Origin: Candidatus Dojkabacteria bacterium | Lineage (GTDB): Bacteria > Patescibacteriota > Dojkabacteria > SC72 | DNA length: 64,000 nt | Direction of reading: 5' to 3' | Assembly (NCBI GenBank): GCA_012513575.1 | Contig: JAAZBX010000004.1 | Coordinates: 11,481 to 75,480, forward strand | Shown here: positions 9,547 to 18,513 of the stretch, one piece after another | Numbering within the stretch: position 1 is the stretch's first letter | Layout of the letters: each line of letters opens with the position of its first letter | Notes under the pieces: generated by a model | Told to the model about the DNA's origin: nothing | Databases searched by the model: none | What the model saw: only the letters and a program-made list of their open reading frames with translations | Position numbers and translations under genes: made by a program

Positions 9547-10512
9547 ATGGAACATGATAATAAAATACTACTTGTTATCATATCCGCTCTTGTGATTGTT
9601 TTCGTTGCAAATTTTCCTGCTAGTATTAAAGAGATTAGAGAATTAGCAAGTAAGGCAGAGGAAAGGATTTCTTTAACTCAGGAGAATCTAGAGGACAATT
9701 CTTTTTCCTCATTTATTATGAAGCTTAAAAATCTCGAAGATAGGATTTGGAATAAGATTAAGGGAGTAGAACCTATAATCTCTGAGAAGAAAATTGCTAA
9801 GGAGACAAGTAATGAGAAAGAAGTTAAAGAAGAGAAAGTTGAGGAGGAAAAAGAAGTGAAAGGAGAAAAAATTTTTTCTCTACCAATAAAGATTGTAATG
9901 CTTGGAGATTCAATGATAATGGTTGGATTTGGACCTAATTTAGAGGAACAGTTAATTGAGAAAGAACAAGTTTCAGTTTTTAGAGAGGGGAAATTCTCTA
10001 CTGGATTAAACAGAATTGACTACTTTGATTGGTATGCAAGAACAGAGGCGTTAATTCAGGAGCATACCCCAGATATTCTAATTGTAATGTTTGGTGCGAA
10101 TGATGGTCAGGGAATTTTGGATGAGAATGGAACAGCCTTTAAACTCTCCGACCCTAAATGGGATGAGGTCTATCAGAGAAGAGTTTTAAACTACATGACA
10201 ACATTCTCAAGTAAGGTAAAGAAAATATATTGGGTAGGTCATCCAATATCCCTTTCCCCTGATTTCGGACCCAAATTTGCTAGAATGAATAAGATTTATC
10301 AGTCTGAAAGTTTGAAATTTCAAAATATTGAATATATAGATATGTGGAAGAGAATGTCGGTTGATGGGAAATATGCGTCAGCCTTACCAAGTAAAGATGG
10401 CACCATTGGATTAGTAAAACAATCAGATGATGTTCATGTCACCGAACATGGAGGAAAGATTATGGCTGAAGATATTATGGAGATACTAAGTGAAGATATT
10501 GATTGGAAATAA
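9547..10512 (+). CDS. SGNH/GDSL hydrolase-fold protein partnered with the MBOAT (PatB/AlgJ/DltD-like), N-terminal membrane anchor
   Basis: Block I VMLGDSMI (GDS), block III FGANDG, block V DDVH (DxxH). Starts 12 bp after the MBOAT gene. Confidence 0.7.
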   Translation: MEHDNKILLVIISALVIVFVANFPASIKEIRELASKAEERISLTQENLEDNSFSSFIMKLKNLEDRIWNKIKGVEPIISEKKIAKETSNEKEVKEEKVEEEKEVKGEKIFSLPIKIVMLGDSMIMVGFGPNLEEQLIEKEQVSVFREGKFSTGLNRIDYFDWYARTEALIQEHTPDILIVMFGANDGQGILDENGTAFKLSDPKWDEVYQRRVLNYMTTFSSKVKKIYWVGHPISLSPDFGPKFARMNKIYQSESLKFQNIEYIDMWKRMSVDGKYASALPSKDGTIGLVKQSDDVHVTEHGGKIMAEDIMEILSEDIDWK

Positions 10513-10513
10513 G

Positions 10514-10587
10514 TCGGGGTGACTCGACTTGAACGAGCGACCTCTTGTACCCCATACAAGCGTTCTAGCCATCTGAACTACACCCCG
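10514..10587 (-). tRNA. tRNA-Pro (anticodon GGG)
   Basis: Reverse complement CGGGGTGTAGTTCAGATGGCTAGAACGCTTGTATGGGGTACAAGAGGTCGCTCGTTCAAGTCGAGTCACCCCGA. Acceptor CGGGGTG/CACCCCG. Anticodon stem CTTGT/ACAAG with loop AT-GGG-GT. T-loop TTCAAGT. CCA is not encoded. Confidence 0.8.
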
Positions 10588-10603
10588 ATTTAACAATTAT
10601 ACC

Positions 10604-10999
10604 CTAAATTAAGAGTTTTTCTAACTCTCTTTTTAAGCTTTTAATATCAACAAATTGAATACCCTTTATTCCTAACGTTTTTCCTATTTCTACATTCTCA
10701 AAGCTATCATCTATGTAGATCATTTCCTCAAATTTTTCTCCAGTAAATGCCTCCAAACATTCATATGCCCTTACATCTGGCTTTACATACAAGTCCCCAT
10801 TAGTAGCTTTTGTGAAATACTTTAGGAAGTCTAACCTCTTATCATATAAGATCAACTTCTCAGAAAGTACATTCGTAAAGAGGAATAACGGGACACCGCT
10901 TTCTTTTAACTCTTTAACATAAGCAAGGACATCTTCATTAAGTTCTTTTCGAATTGGATCGTAAAGAACATTCACAAAATCAAACAAAATGACTTTCAT
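10604..10999 (-). CDS. HAD-superfamily hydrolase (small)
   Basis: Motif I-like ILFDFVNVL and motif IV IYIDDS. 131 aa. Confidence 0.5.
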   Translation of the reverse strand: MKVILFDFVNVLYDPIRKELNEDVLAYVKELKESGVPLFLFTNVLSEKLILYDKRLDFLKYFTKATNGDLYVKPDVRAYECLEAFTGEKFEEMIYIDDSFENVEIGKTLGIKGIQFVDIKSLKRELEKLLI

Positions 11000-12010
11000 T
11001 TATTTAATCTCAAGAACAACTTGATTTGGGCTTAAGCTTGCACTTAGTTTGTATTCAACCTCTTCATTCATTCCAGAGAATACATAAGTCGTACTTTCTC
11101 CACTTCTAGAAGTAGTTAATGTTATACCCAAAGGTAAACTCAATGTTTTGGAAGTCCCTCCTACCCTATCTAGTTTCAGACTTTGGAATACGACAACTAA
11201 CTCATTTGATTCGTTGTAGCTTGCTTTTACAGAAGGAATTGGATGCTCCCCATCAGCCGATACTCCCCAAACAAATTTTAATACACCCCCTGAAGCGCTA
11301 TATTGGTAAGAAAGCGCTGAGGCATTCTTCTCAACTCCGACTCCGACAATTTCTTGATCACTAGATGAGAATTCTGTACTTCCAAAATTTCCAGATATCT
11401 CTTTTTCTCCCGGATACTTCACCCGAAGGAAAACTCCCCATTCATTATCACTCTGTCCTGCAGATACATCCAATTTAAAAACCGTACTTTGAGAAAGGCC
11501 AATATCATAGAAGCTCTTCTCTTGTGTCCCAGAAACATTGTGGTAAAGCCTAGTTATTCCATTCTTGTTTATAATCCTCTCTCCTTGAAATGGAATCCCA
11601 GATAGATCTTTCTCAATATTTGATATCTCAACCTTTATCACTCCACTCCCTGGATTGTAGTAAGCAACTGCATGAGGAAGAATGGAACCCGTTAAGAGAA
11701 AGGAAAACTCATGATAACCATCTTCGGAAGTATCTGTTATCTCTTCTAATGTAAACATCTTGCCCTCTTCTACTTCCCCAGCTTCCTGCCTATTTGCAGA
11801 GTACTCTTCAAAGCCAACAGTATTTTCCACAACTTCCTTCTCTTCTTCTTCAACCTTTCCCTCTTCTTTTTCTTCTTCCTCCCCATCCACTATCTCTACA
11901 ACATTCCCATTCTCAGAAGCTTCCTCATCTTTGTCTCTAGTCATTATGTAGGTAACCAAACCACCGATAACGACCAAAAGAATTAAGAAATATACAAAGG
12001 ATTTTTTCAT
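11000..12010 (-). CDS. hypothetical membrane-anchored extracytoplasmic protein with a highly acidic (E-rich) N-proximal linker
   Basis: N-terminal TM helix, a 60-aa Glu-rich low-complexity segment, then a roughly 250-aa beta-rich region. No recognisable motif. Confidence 0.5.
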   Translation of the reverse strand: MKKSFVYFLILLVVIGGLVTYIMTRDKDEEASENGNVVEIVDGEEEEKEEGKVEEEEKEVVENTVGFEEYSANRQEAGEVEEGKMFTLEEITDTSEDGYHEFSFLLTGSILPHAVAYYNPGSGVIKVEISNIEKDLSGIPFQGERIINKNGITRLYHNVSGTQEKSFYDIGLSQSTVFKLDVSAGQSDNEWGVFLRVKYPGEKEISGNFGSTEFSSSDQEIVGVGVEKNASALSYQYSASGGVLKFVWGVSADGEHPIPSVKASYNESNELVVVFQSLKLDRVGGTSKTLSLPLGITLTTSRSGESTTYVFSGMNEEVEYKLSASLSPNQVVLEIK

Positions 12011-12095
12011 TTCTTTGCATGTAACATATTAATAGTAAATGCTAACATAGTATTAATCATATTGAAATAGACAGATTTTGTGATACCATATACCA

Positions 12096-13367
12096 ATGGC
12101 AAAGATAGTAGAAATCTCTCAAAATACAAATAACATCAAAGCAGAGGATTTTGTAGAAAAACCTCCAAAAGAAGAAGCTCAGTTGGAGTCTCCCAATACA
12201 AATACAAAGAAAAAAATTCAATTTAAAAGTTTTATATTTCCAATTGTAGCGATATTAACTGTTGCTGGAATAGCTTCTTTCTATTACTTTGCAATCTACA
12301 AATTAAGACCCACACACCCATCAGAAGTTGTACTTTTCAAAGAGAACTTTGTATCACCAAAAAGTTCCCCTTCATTGTTTAAATTCAATCTTCCCCTACT
12401 TGCAGAGCCAAAAGAGCCAAAGACTGAAGTAAGTCCATTAAATGGTTTGCTTTTTTCTAAGAAAGAAATGGACCAATTAAAAAAGAGAAGGCCTGTCGCT
12501 GTTATGATAAATAATCATTCCGAAGCAAGACCCCAATCAGGTTTAAACAGTGCAGACATAGTATATGAGACAAATGCAGAAGGAGGTATTACCAGATATC
12601 TAGCTATTTTTTGGAGTAATGCTCCCGCGAAAGTTGGTCCAGTAAGAAGTCTTAGACAATACTATCTTGAATGGCTAAGTGAATATGACCCACTCCTAAT
12701 TAGGGATGGATGTGCAGAAAGTACCGATCCCAGAGCCAATGCCTGTGGTAATGTCTATGCTTATGGGATAAAAGATATTGGTACAATAAATTCTTGGAGA
12801 TGGAACGATGGAGTAAGATTTGCGCCACATAATGAATACAACTCCATTACCAAAGCCTGGGAGTATGCACAAAAAAGAAATTGGGACTCATTCCCTACCT
12901 CAATTCAATCCTATGATTTCAAGAACGATGCCATTGTAGCTGATAGAGGAAGCAAAACAGTTGTTAAAACTGTTTTTCATATGAGGCTAAATAACGGTGG
13001 CGCATATGATGCTATATGGACATATGACAAAGATACGAATTCATACTTCAGGAAGGTAGGAGGAATACTAGATGTTGATCAAGAGACTGGTACTCAAGTA
13101 AGTGCGAAAAATGTTGTAATTCAGAAAGTTAATATGTCGGCATCAACAGATGGAACGGCGCATATCGTTGTTCAAACGATTGGAGAGGGCCCTGCTGTCA
13201 TATTACAAGATGGAAAAATCATTAATGGTACATGGAAAAAGAGTTCAAGATTAGACAGAACAAAGTACTTTGATAGTAGTGGGAAATTAATCAAATTTAA
13301 CAGAGGAAGAATTTGGATTGCTGCCATAGCGAATTCTAGTGGGAAATTTGATATAATTGAACAATAA
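12096..13367 (+). CDS. DUF3048 (YerB-like) membrane-anchored protein
   Basis: N-terminal TM. RPVAVMINNHSEARPQSGLNSADIVYETNAEGGITRYLAIF resembles the conserved DUF3048 N-domain. Confidence 0.5.
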   Translation: MAKIVEISQNTNNIKAEDFVEKPPKEEAQLESPNTNTKKKIQFKSFIFPIVAILTVAGIASFYYFAIYKLRPTHPSEVVLFKENFVSPKSSPSLFKFNLPLLAEPKEPKTEVSPLNGLLFSKKEMDQLKKRRPVAVMINNHSEARPQSGLNSADIVYETNAEGGITRYLAIFWSNAPAKVGPVRSLRQYYLEWLSEYDPLLIRDGCAESTDPRANACGNVYAYGIKDIGTINSWRWNDGVRFAPHNEYNSITKAWEYAQKRNWDSFPTSIQSYDFKNDAIVADRGSKTVVKTVFHMRLNNGGAYDAIWTYDKDTNSYFRKVGGILDVDQETGTQVSAKNVVIQKVNMSASTDGTAHIVVQTIGEGPAVILQDGKIINGTWKKSSRLDRTKYFDSSGKLIKFNRGRIWIAAIANSSGKFDIIEQ

Positions 13368-13378
13368 TATTATGCAGG

Positions 13379-13960
13379 TTGGGCAGCATGCTAAAAAAAA
13401 TCTTTATATCAAAGGTTAGGATAAGCATATTAGATGTTTTTCTTTCGAATCTTGACTCCTCTCATCATGTTCGCGAACTTGTAAGAATTCTTGATGAGGA
13501 AATTAATGCTGTAAGAAGAGAGTTAATGAACCTTGAAAGCGCAGGACTCCTCAAATGTCGCAAGGAGGGCAACAAAAGCGTTTACAGAATTAACAGAGAG
13601 TCTCCGTACATATGGGAACTTAGATCAATTTTTTTCAAAGAATCTCCTACGGGTCAAGCGATTCTAGATGTTACAAAAAAGATTGAGGGAATAGATTTAA
13701 TAATTCTCACTGATAGCTTTATAAAAAAGAAATATCAAAATCCTACAGATGTAGACTTTCTCTTCATTGGAACAATGAGAATAAAGGACCTCTCTACAAT
13801 AATATCCCAGCTTGAAAAAGAACTTGGGAAGGAGATAAGATTCAGTGCAATTACAAAAGAAGATTTTGAATTTGCCCGAAAAAAGAAAGAACCCTTCTTG
13901 ATGAATATTTTAGAAAACGATAAAATCATTCTGTTCGGCCAACTATCAGACCTACTTTAA
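13379..13960 (+). CDS. winged-HTH DNA-binding domain fused to a minimal nucleotidyltransferase-like domain
   Basis: The N-terminus (ISILDVFLSN...VRELVRILDEEINAVRRELMNLESAGLLKCRKEGNKSVYRIN) is wHTH-like. The C-terminus has GxxxxxTDVD, resembling the pol-beta NTase G[SG]...D.D motif. Confidence 0.4.
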   Translation: MGSMLKKIFISKVRISILDVFLSNLDSSHHVRELVRILDEEINAVRRELMNLESAGLLKCRKEGNKSVYRINRESPYIWELRSIFFKESPTGQAILDVTKKIEGIDLIILTDSFIKKKYQNPTDVDFLFIGTMRIKDLSTIISQLEKELGKEIRFSAITKEDFEFARKKKEPFLMNILENDKIILFGQLSDLL

Positions 13961-13962
13961 CC

Positions 13963-15219
13963 ATGAAAATTAGATTCAAGTTTAGTAAAAAACCAAAACA
14001 GAATATCAAGAAAATCCTAAAATCAATACTCTTAGTTCTAGTTGGAGCAATTTTTATCTCTACTGTACTAATATCCTTACCCCTTACCGAGAGAATCTCT
14101 GACAAGGTTTCTTTTAACCTTTCCACCAAAAACAAAGATTACTGGTCCAAAGAGTATGTAGTTTCGGTAAATACCACCGACAAGAAAGAACTCAGAAAAA
14201 TCAAACAGATTATTTATAAAAGATTGAGAAATTACGGTGTTGAGAAAGTTTCAATTTTCTCGGATGTTGTTTCAGACACTGATAGTGAGTTTAGAATAGT
14301 TGTTAATACAACAAAAGATAAAGAGCTAGTATACAAACTAGTATCAAATCAACACTCTTTTGAGATTGTGACAAGAAAAAAGGATGTAAATTTTGACGAC
14401 ACAGAGAATCCATACGCAATTACAATGAGAGATAACTATGAAGACACAGAATGGGACTATAATGATTTTAGGACAGTATATATTCCAAAAAGCAAGTTAA
14501 GAACAAGTGACGGAGGAAGACAATTTTTTGCAATCTTCAAACCCTGGACAAACAAACAGAGTGCTCTTACGAGTTTCCTAAAAAATCACAAGGGAGAGTT
14601 GCTTGGTCTTGATATTGATTCATTCGTTTATCCATTCCAAGTACAAGACATTGATAAGGACAGTATAAATCAAGAAACCATAACAATTGCTGTTTATGTA
14701 GAAACAGAGGAAGAAGCAAGAGTCACTAGTTTGCTTTACAACTCTGGCCATATAGAAGTTCCTTACACTCTTAAGGAAGAAATAAATAGAGAAACAGAAA
14801 TAATCTCTCTTGACTATGTAAAGCTTAGCATCGGTCTAGCTATTTCACTTCTAGCCTCTTACCTTTACATGCTCATATTTAAATACTCTTCAAAAGAAAA
14901 TTTGCTACTCTCTCTTTTCACAACTGTTATAACTCTAAGTATTTACTTAGCCTATCTGAAATTAACACATATCGCAGTTGATACATTCTTGCTTGCAATT
15001 CAATTCATACTAATGATGATCTTCATAAAAGCGGTATCAGACAATCAGGATTCTGATTTATTTGTATCATTAATACTAATACTTGCCTTCATCTTAATAT
15101 CTTTGCTAGGGACAGGAATAATGATGACATTTGCCCAGGGGATGATTGCACTGATTGCTTTGGCTAAAGTAAGTTCAATTCTAACTAGATGGTATATAGA
15201 TAATGTAAAGAAAATATAA
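13963..15219 (+). CDS. membrane protein with SecD/SecF-like topology (TM1, large extracytoplasmic domain, C-terminal TM bundle); assignment tentative
   Basis: IKQIIYKRLRNYGVEKVSIFSD..SEFRIVV resembles the SecD/SecF periplasmic 'VRNRVDALGVSEP.I....IVVELPG' segment. 5-6 C-terminal TM helices. Confidence 0.35.
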   Translation: MKIRFKFSKKPKQNIKKILKSILLVLVGAIFISTVLISLPLTERISDKVSFNLSTKNKDYWSKEYVVSVNTTDKKELRKIKQIIYKRLRNYGVEKVSIFSDVVSDTDSEFRIVVNTTKDKELVYKLVSNQHSFEIVTRKKDVNFDDTENPYAITMRDNYEDTEWDYNDFRTVYIPKSKLRTSDGGRQFFAIFKPWTNKQSALTSFLKNHKGELLGLDIDSFVYPFQVQDIDKDSINQETITIAVYVETEEEARVTSLLYNSGHIEVPYTLKEEINRETEIISLDYVKLSIGLAISLLASYLYMLIFKYSSKENLLLSLFTTVITLSIYLAYLKLTHIAVDTFLLAIQFILMMIFIKAVSDNQDSDLFVSLILILAFILISLLGTGIMMTFAQGMIALIALAKVSSILTRWYIDNVKKI

Positions 15220-15221
15220 AT

Positions 15222-15740
15222 ATGGAAATGATAAAACACATGTTAAACAATTGGAGTGTATACCAGCAAATTACACTATCTTTGCTCATTATATTTATTA
15301 TTGCACTTCTCTCTTTGGGTGTTTGGTTATTTTCAAAAAATAAAAAATTCCTTCTTTTTGCATTAACATCTATGGGGCTTTGTATCCTTACAACCTTCTT
15401 GGGATTTCAATTGGCCAATATGATATTTGATATCTCAATCAACTATATATTCTTCTTGACGCCAATAATAATTTTAGCAATTAATATTATTTACATCGGA
15501 ATGTCAATTGGATATTACAATTCAAAGAAGATGCAAAAATATCCAAACTACAAAGATTTACGAAAAGAATTTGGAAAAGATTCAATTCAAATTTCAATAT
15601 TTACTATTTTGCTGTTCACTTCTTTCCTAATATTTATTGATGGCCTTGCATTCTCCTTTTTGCTTTTAACAGCAATTCTTTTAGTTTTAACAACTTGGAT
15701 TAACTTTTTCCTCGTGAGAATTTTCTTTAAAGATGAGTAG
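15222..15740 (+). CDS. small polytopic membrane protein (4 TM), function unknown
   Basis: Hydrophobic ORF that starts 3 bp after the preceding gene and overlaps the miaA start. Confidence 0.5.
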   Translation: MEMIKHMLNNWSVYQQITLSLLIIFIIALLSLGVWLFSKNKKFLLFALTSMGLCILTTFLGFQLANMIFDISINYIFFLTPIIILAINIIYIGMSIGYYNSKKMQKYPNYKDLRKEFGKDSIQISIFTILLFTSFLIFIDGLAFSFLLLTAILLVLTTWINFFLVRIFFKDE

Positions 15741-16629
15741 CTCCCCAATAATTGTAATTTCAGGATGTACAGCTTCGGGGAAATCAGATGTTGCTCTTAA
15801 ATTAGCAAAGAGAATAAACGGAGTAATATTAAATGCCGATTCAAGACAGATATATAAAGAAGTCTCTATTGGCACAGCGAAACCGAACCTAATACTAAAT
15901 GAAAGCAATCAGTGGGAGAAAGAGGGGATAATACACTATCTATACTCACAAACCTCGATTAACAAGAAATACAATTTATTCAAATATCAAACAGATACTT
16001 TTAAGATCCTTAACCAACTTCCTCCCCAAATAACCCCTATCCTCACAGGAGGAACAGGCCTATATATTGATTCAGTAATATTCAATTACAAATTAAAAAC
16101 ACTATCTCAACCCCAGACAGAAGTAGCTGACAACTTGTCAGATTTTACAGCTAAGGAACTTCAGAGATTAGTACCATCGGAGATCTTAAATAAACTAAAC
16201 GAAAGTGATCGTCAAAATAAGAATAGATTAATTAGAGTTATCCAGAAAGGTCTTCCAAGTATAAAAAAAGGCACACCACTTGAGCATATTTACTTTTTCC
16301 TAGATATTGAGAAGACTGCTCTTGAAAAAAGAATAGAACAAAGAGTAAATCAAATGTTCAAGGATGGTTTATTAGAAGAAAATATTAAAATTCGAAACGC
16401 ATTTCCCAAGAGTACTTTTTTTAAAACAACCATAGGATATAAAGAATTTGAAGATTACTTCCAAAAAAATATTTCATTAGACGAAGTTAAAGAGGATATC
16501 ATTATTCATACAAAACAGTATGCTAAAAGACAGAGAACTTGGTTTAGAAGAAATAAAGGAGTTATATATGTTAAAAACCTAGAAGAAATTGAGAAATGGA
16601 TAAGAGAACTCTATCCTAATCGCTATTAA
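15733..16629 (+). CDS. miaA: tRNA dimethylallyltransferase
   Basis: P-loop GCTASGKS. DSRQIYKEVSIGTAKP signature block. Confidence 0.9.
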   Translation: MSSSPIIVISGCTASGKSDVALKLAKRINGVILNADSRQIYKEVSIGTAKPNLILNESNQWEKEGIIHYLYSQTSINKKYNLFKYQTDTFKILNQLPPQITPILTGGTGLYIDSVIFNYKLKTLSQPQTEVADNLSDFTAKELQRLVPSEILNKLNESDRQNKNRLIRVIQKGLPSIKKGTPLEHIYFFLDIEKTALEKRIEQRVNQMFKDGLLEENIKIRNAFPKSTFFKTTIGYKEFEDYFQKNISLDEVKEDIIIHTKQYAKRQRTWFRRNKGVIYVKNLEEIEKWIRELYPNRY

Positions 16630-17176
16630 CATCTAAAAGGAAGGAATATTTCCCATCCTCAGATTCAACCAATTTTATTTCTGATACTTCAAATGCAATT
16701 TCATTTACATTCATCTTTTTCGATACATTGGTTAAGTCTTTAATAATATTTGCACTTTCTTGAGCTGACAAATCTTTATTCACTCTCCCAAGTGTCAAAT
16801 GTGGGATGAAATTGATATCTCCCTTATCTCCAATTATTTTCTTTAGTTCTAAATAAAGCCCTCTCATCTCTTCACCACCTTCTAGAAAATCTAAAAAAAT
16901 TAATTCTCTATACTGTCTACTTATTCCTAATTTAACAGAATTAAATTTAACTTTAAATTTTTTAAACTGAAATTTCTTCAATTTATTTTTTATTATGAAC
17001 ACTTTTAAAGGGAAGGCAGACTTACCAAGGAAAAGCAAAGTACTATGGTATGTGCAAGGATTACTCCATCTAACTTTAATACCCAAATCATCAAAAATTT
17101 CTTTTACATTCTCAGCAACTGAAGCGATATCATTATTTGATTTATTATCAGGGAAAAATCCAAGAAAAATACTCAT
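16616..17176 (-). CDS. thpR: 2H phosphoesterase, RNA 2',3'-cyclic phosphodiesterase (ThpR/LigT-like)
   Basis: Two H-x-T/S-x motifs, YHSTLLFLG and PHLTLGRV, spaced about 85 aa apart. Confidence 0.75.
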   Translation of the reverse strand: MSIFLGFFPDNKSNNDIASVAENVKEIFDDLGIKVRWSNPCTYHSTLLFLGKSAFPLKVFIIKNKLKKFQFKKFKVKFNSVKLGISRQYRELIFLDFLEGGEEMRGLYLELKKIIGDKGDINFIPHLTLGRVNKDLSAQESANIIKDLTNVSKKMNVNEIAFEVSEIKLVESEDGKYSFLLDVNSD

Positions 17177-17180
17177 TTTA

Positions 17181-18449
17181 CTATTTAGATATTTTATCTA
17201 TACCCCCCATGTAAGGTCTTAAAATTTCCGGAATTGTTATACTCCCATCTTTGTTTTGAAAAGTTTCAATTAATGCAACCATTAACCTACTTGTGGCAAG
17301 TCCAGAACCATTTAGTGTATTTAAATACTCCAACTTCCCGTCTGCTCTCTTATATCTCATATTGCCTCTCCTCGCTTGATACTCTCTAGCATTAGAAACC
17401 GAACTCACTTCATAGTACTTATCCATGGATGGAATATATACTTCAATATCGTATGTCCTCGCCATCCCAGCTGAACAATCACCCGCTGCTAATTTTACAA
17501 CTCTGTAGTGCATACCCAAACCCTCAACCAACCTCTCTGCTCTCTTAACTAATTCTTCGAAGGCCTCATCTGCTCCTTCCTTTGTAGTATATTGAAACAT
17601 CTCAACTTTATTAAATTGATGCATCCTTATTAAACCTTTCTCATTGGCTCTGTAACTTCCTGCTTCTCTCCTATAGCAAGGAGTATATGCAAAGAATTTC
17701 CTTGGAAGTTCCTTCTCCTCTAAAATCTCGTTTCGGTATATATTTGTCAGAACTGTCTCTGCTGTTGGAATTAAACAAAGACCATCCTGAACCCAATATA
17801 CATCCTCTTCAAACTTGGGTAATTGTCCAGCTGTGTAAGCAGATTCTCTTACAACCAAATTCGGAGGGATTATCATCTTGTACCCTGCTTTGATATGTTC
17901 AGAAACAAAGTAGTTTATCAAAGCCCATTCCAATTGAGCTCCCAAATCTTTGTACATGCAGAAATTATTCCCAGCAATCTTTGATGCTCTATCAAAATCA
18001 AAAACGTCTAAATCTGTTCCTAATTCAACATGGTCTTTAATTGGGAAATCAAATAAAGGTTTACCCCCAACTTCTCTTATAACTTCATTGTTTTCCTTCC
18101 CCCCAGAAACCACGTCAGAATCTGGGATGTTTGGTAATACTTCTATTAGTGATTTCATTTCATCCTCCACAGCTCGCAGATTTTCTTCGTTTTTTTTCAC
18201 TTCATCAGATTTCTTTTTAAGTTCTAAAAGAAGTTTTTTAAACTCATCACTTTTCTTGTCAACAGAAGCCATCTTTTGGTTAAAACTATTTTGCTGTGCT
18301 CTACCAGTATCAAATTCCAATTGATATTTCTTTCTTAATTCATACAAAGAAACAATTTTATCCAAGTTGAAATCTCCTTTATCTAATCTCTTTAACAAAC
18401 CGTTTTCTACCTCTTCCCTTTTTTCAACAATTCTTTTAATATCTATCAT
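17181..18449 (-). CDS. serS: seryl-tRNA synthetase
   Basis: N-terminal coiled-coil arm and class II motifs (FRREAGS..., GSGLATSR). I set the start at MIDIKRIVEK (18449); the track ORF extends to 18509. Confidence 0.9.
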   Translation of the reverse strand: MIDIKRIVEKREEVENGLLKRLDKGDFNLDKIVSLYELRKKYQLEFDTGRAQQNSFNQKMASVDKKSDEFKKLLLELKKKSDEVKKNEENLRAVEDEMKSLIEVLPNIPDSDVVSGGKENNEVIREVGGKPLFDFPIKDHVELGTDLDVFDFDRASKIAGNNFCMYKDLGAQLEWALINYFVSEHIKAGYKMIIPPNLVVRESAYTAGQLPKFEEDVYWVQDGLCLIPTAETVLTNIYRNEILEEKELPRKFFAYTPCYRREAGSYRANEKGLIRMHQFNKVEMFQYTTKEGADEAFEELVKRAERLVEGLGMHYRVVKLAAGDCSAGMARTYDIEVYIPSMDKYYEVSSVSNAREYQARRGNMRYKRADGKLEYLNTLNGSGLATSRLMVALIETFQNKDGSITIPEILRPYMGGIDKISK

Positions 18450-18513
18450 TTGATTAATCTTTAATTTAAAGGTTCCCTGTATTATATTCTGCCCATTTGG
18501 TATTATCAAGAAT

